64,000 nucleotides of DNA from Octopus bimaculoides (Eukaryota): the NCBI RefSeq assembly GCF_001194135.2, contig NC_068983.1, forward strand, positions 44,638,026 through 44,702,025, read 5' to 3'. Shown here piece by piece: positions 63,052-64,000 of this stretch (position 1 is its first letter; each line of letters opens with the position of its first letter). The notes under the pieces were generated by a model. That model searched no databases. It was not told the origin of the DNA and saw only the letters and a program-made list of their open reading frames with translations. The position numbers and the translations under genes were made by a program.

Positions 63052-63669
63052 TAATTTACCAATTTTTCTGCTATTTTAATGGCAATGCATCTTTGTGTCT
63101 GTGTTGGCCCAGCCAGCATCATTTGACAACTGATGCTGGTGTGTTTATGTATCTGTAACTTAGCAGTTTGGCAAAAGAGACCAATAAAATAAGTACTAGG
63201 CTAACAAAAAATAAGTCCTGGGGTTGGTTTCTTTGACTAAAAACCCCTTTAATGTGGTGCTCCTGAATACACATCGTTGATTGGTTGAAATTACCCAAAT
63301 ACAACAACTTTAACACAAAATAACTTATAAAATACCAAATTTTGTCAAAATGTTCAGAGTAAACCGTGTTCTATGTGAGAAATTTTACCAGTATTCGAAA
63401 TTTCAAACTGTTTAGTTAAAAAAATTTAATTAAAAAATCTGTGATTGAGATGGAATAGATCCCAATTTTTTCTCCACAAATTCATACCTTCAAAGCAATG
63501 AGACTGGAAGCTGATTTTCAGATTTTTTTTACAGGTTTTTAAAAAATGCATATTTTGTGAATGAAAAAAAAACTAGATCCAAATTTAGAATGATTAATAT
63601 TTCGTATAATTGTCGTTTTGAATAATTTTCATTCATACAATNNNNNNNNNNATTTTTGAACAATGTTCA

Positions 63670-64000
63670 CTGTGTGGGTAAGTAGCTTGCTTTCCAACCA
63701 CATGGTTCCGGGTTCATTCCCACTGCGTGGCACCTTGGGCAAGTGTCTTCTACTATAGCCTCAGGCCAACCAAAGCCTTGTGAGTGGATTTGGTAGACAG
63801 AAACTGAAAGAAGCCCGTCGTATATATGTATATATACGTATGTGTGTATATTTTTGTGTCTGTGTTTGTCCCCCCAGCATCGTTTGACAACCGATGGTGG
63901 TGTGTTTACGTCCCCGTAACTTAGCAGTTTGGCAAAAGAGACCGATAGAATAAGTACTAGGCTTTCAAAGAGTAAGTCCTGGGGTCGATTTGCTCGACTA
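63670..64000 (+). mobile_element. SINE family C, cut by the window end
   Basis: GTGGGTAAGTAGCTTGCTTTCCAACCACATGGTTCCGGG...GGGGTCGATTTGCTCGACTA. Confidence 0.9.

Overview
AT-rich, microsatellite-dense animal genomic DNA from a gapped draft assembly (about ten N-runs). The SINE, RTE and Penelope families look like those of octopus; this is inferred from memory, not from a search. Two protein-coding units are supportable. One is an intronless 86-codon coiled-coil ORF (9678-9938, +) with a TATA/ETS-CRE promoter. The other is the first coding exon of a LYSMD3/4-like LysM protein (33557-33952, +), whose next exon was not found in the remaining 30 kb. Nearly everything else is mobile-element debris: three tRNA-head SINE families, many RTE and CR1-type LINE fragments, a decayed Ty3/Gypsy element with a tRNA-Trp primer site, hAT, piggyBac-type, Tc1/mariner and foldback MITEs, Helitron ends, and Penelope-type fragments carrying minimal hammerhead ribozyme motifs. 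I see no multi-gene novel system. The best leads are RNA-level: an inverted hammerhead pair, a hammerhead family with a shared non-canonical core, an unexplained branched hairpin and a perfect 37-bp hairpin. Also notable are the small orphan gene, the elements carrying telomere-like repeats, and a CpG-decay pattern hinting at an unrecognised gene body at about 11-31 kb. Boundaries of decayed repeats are approximate.
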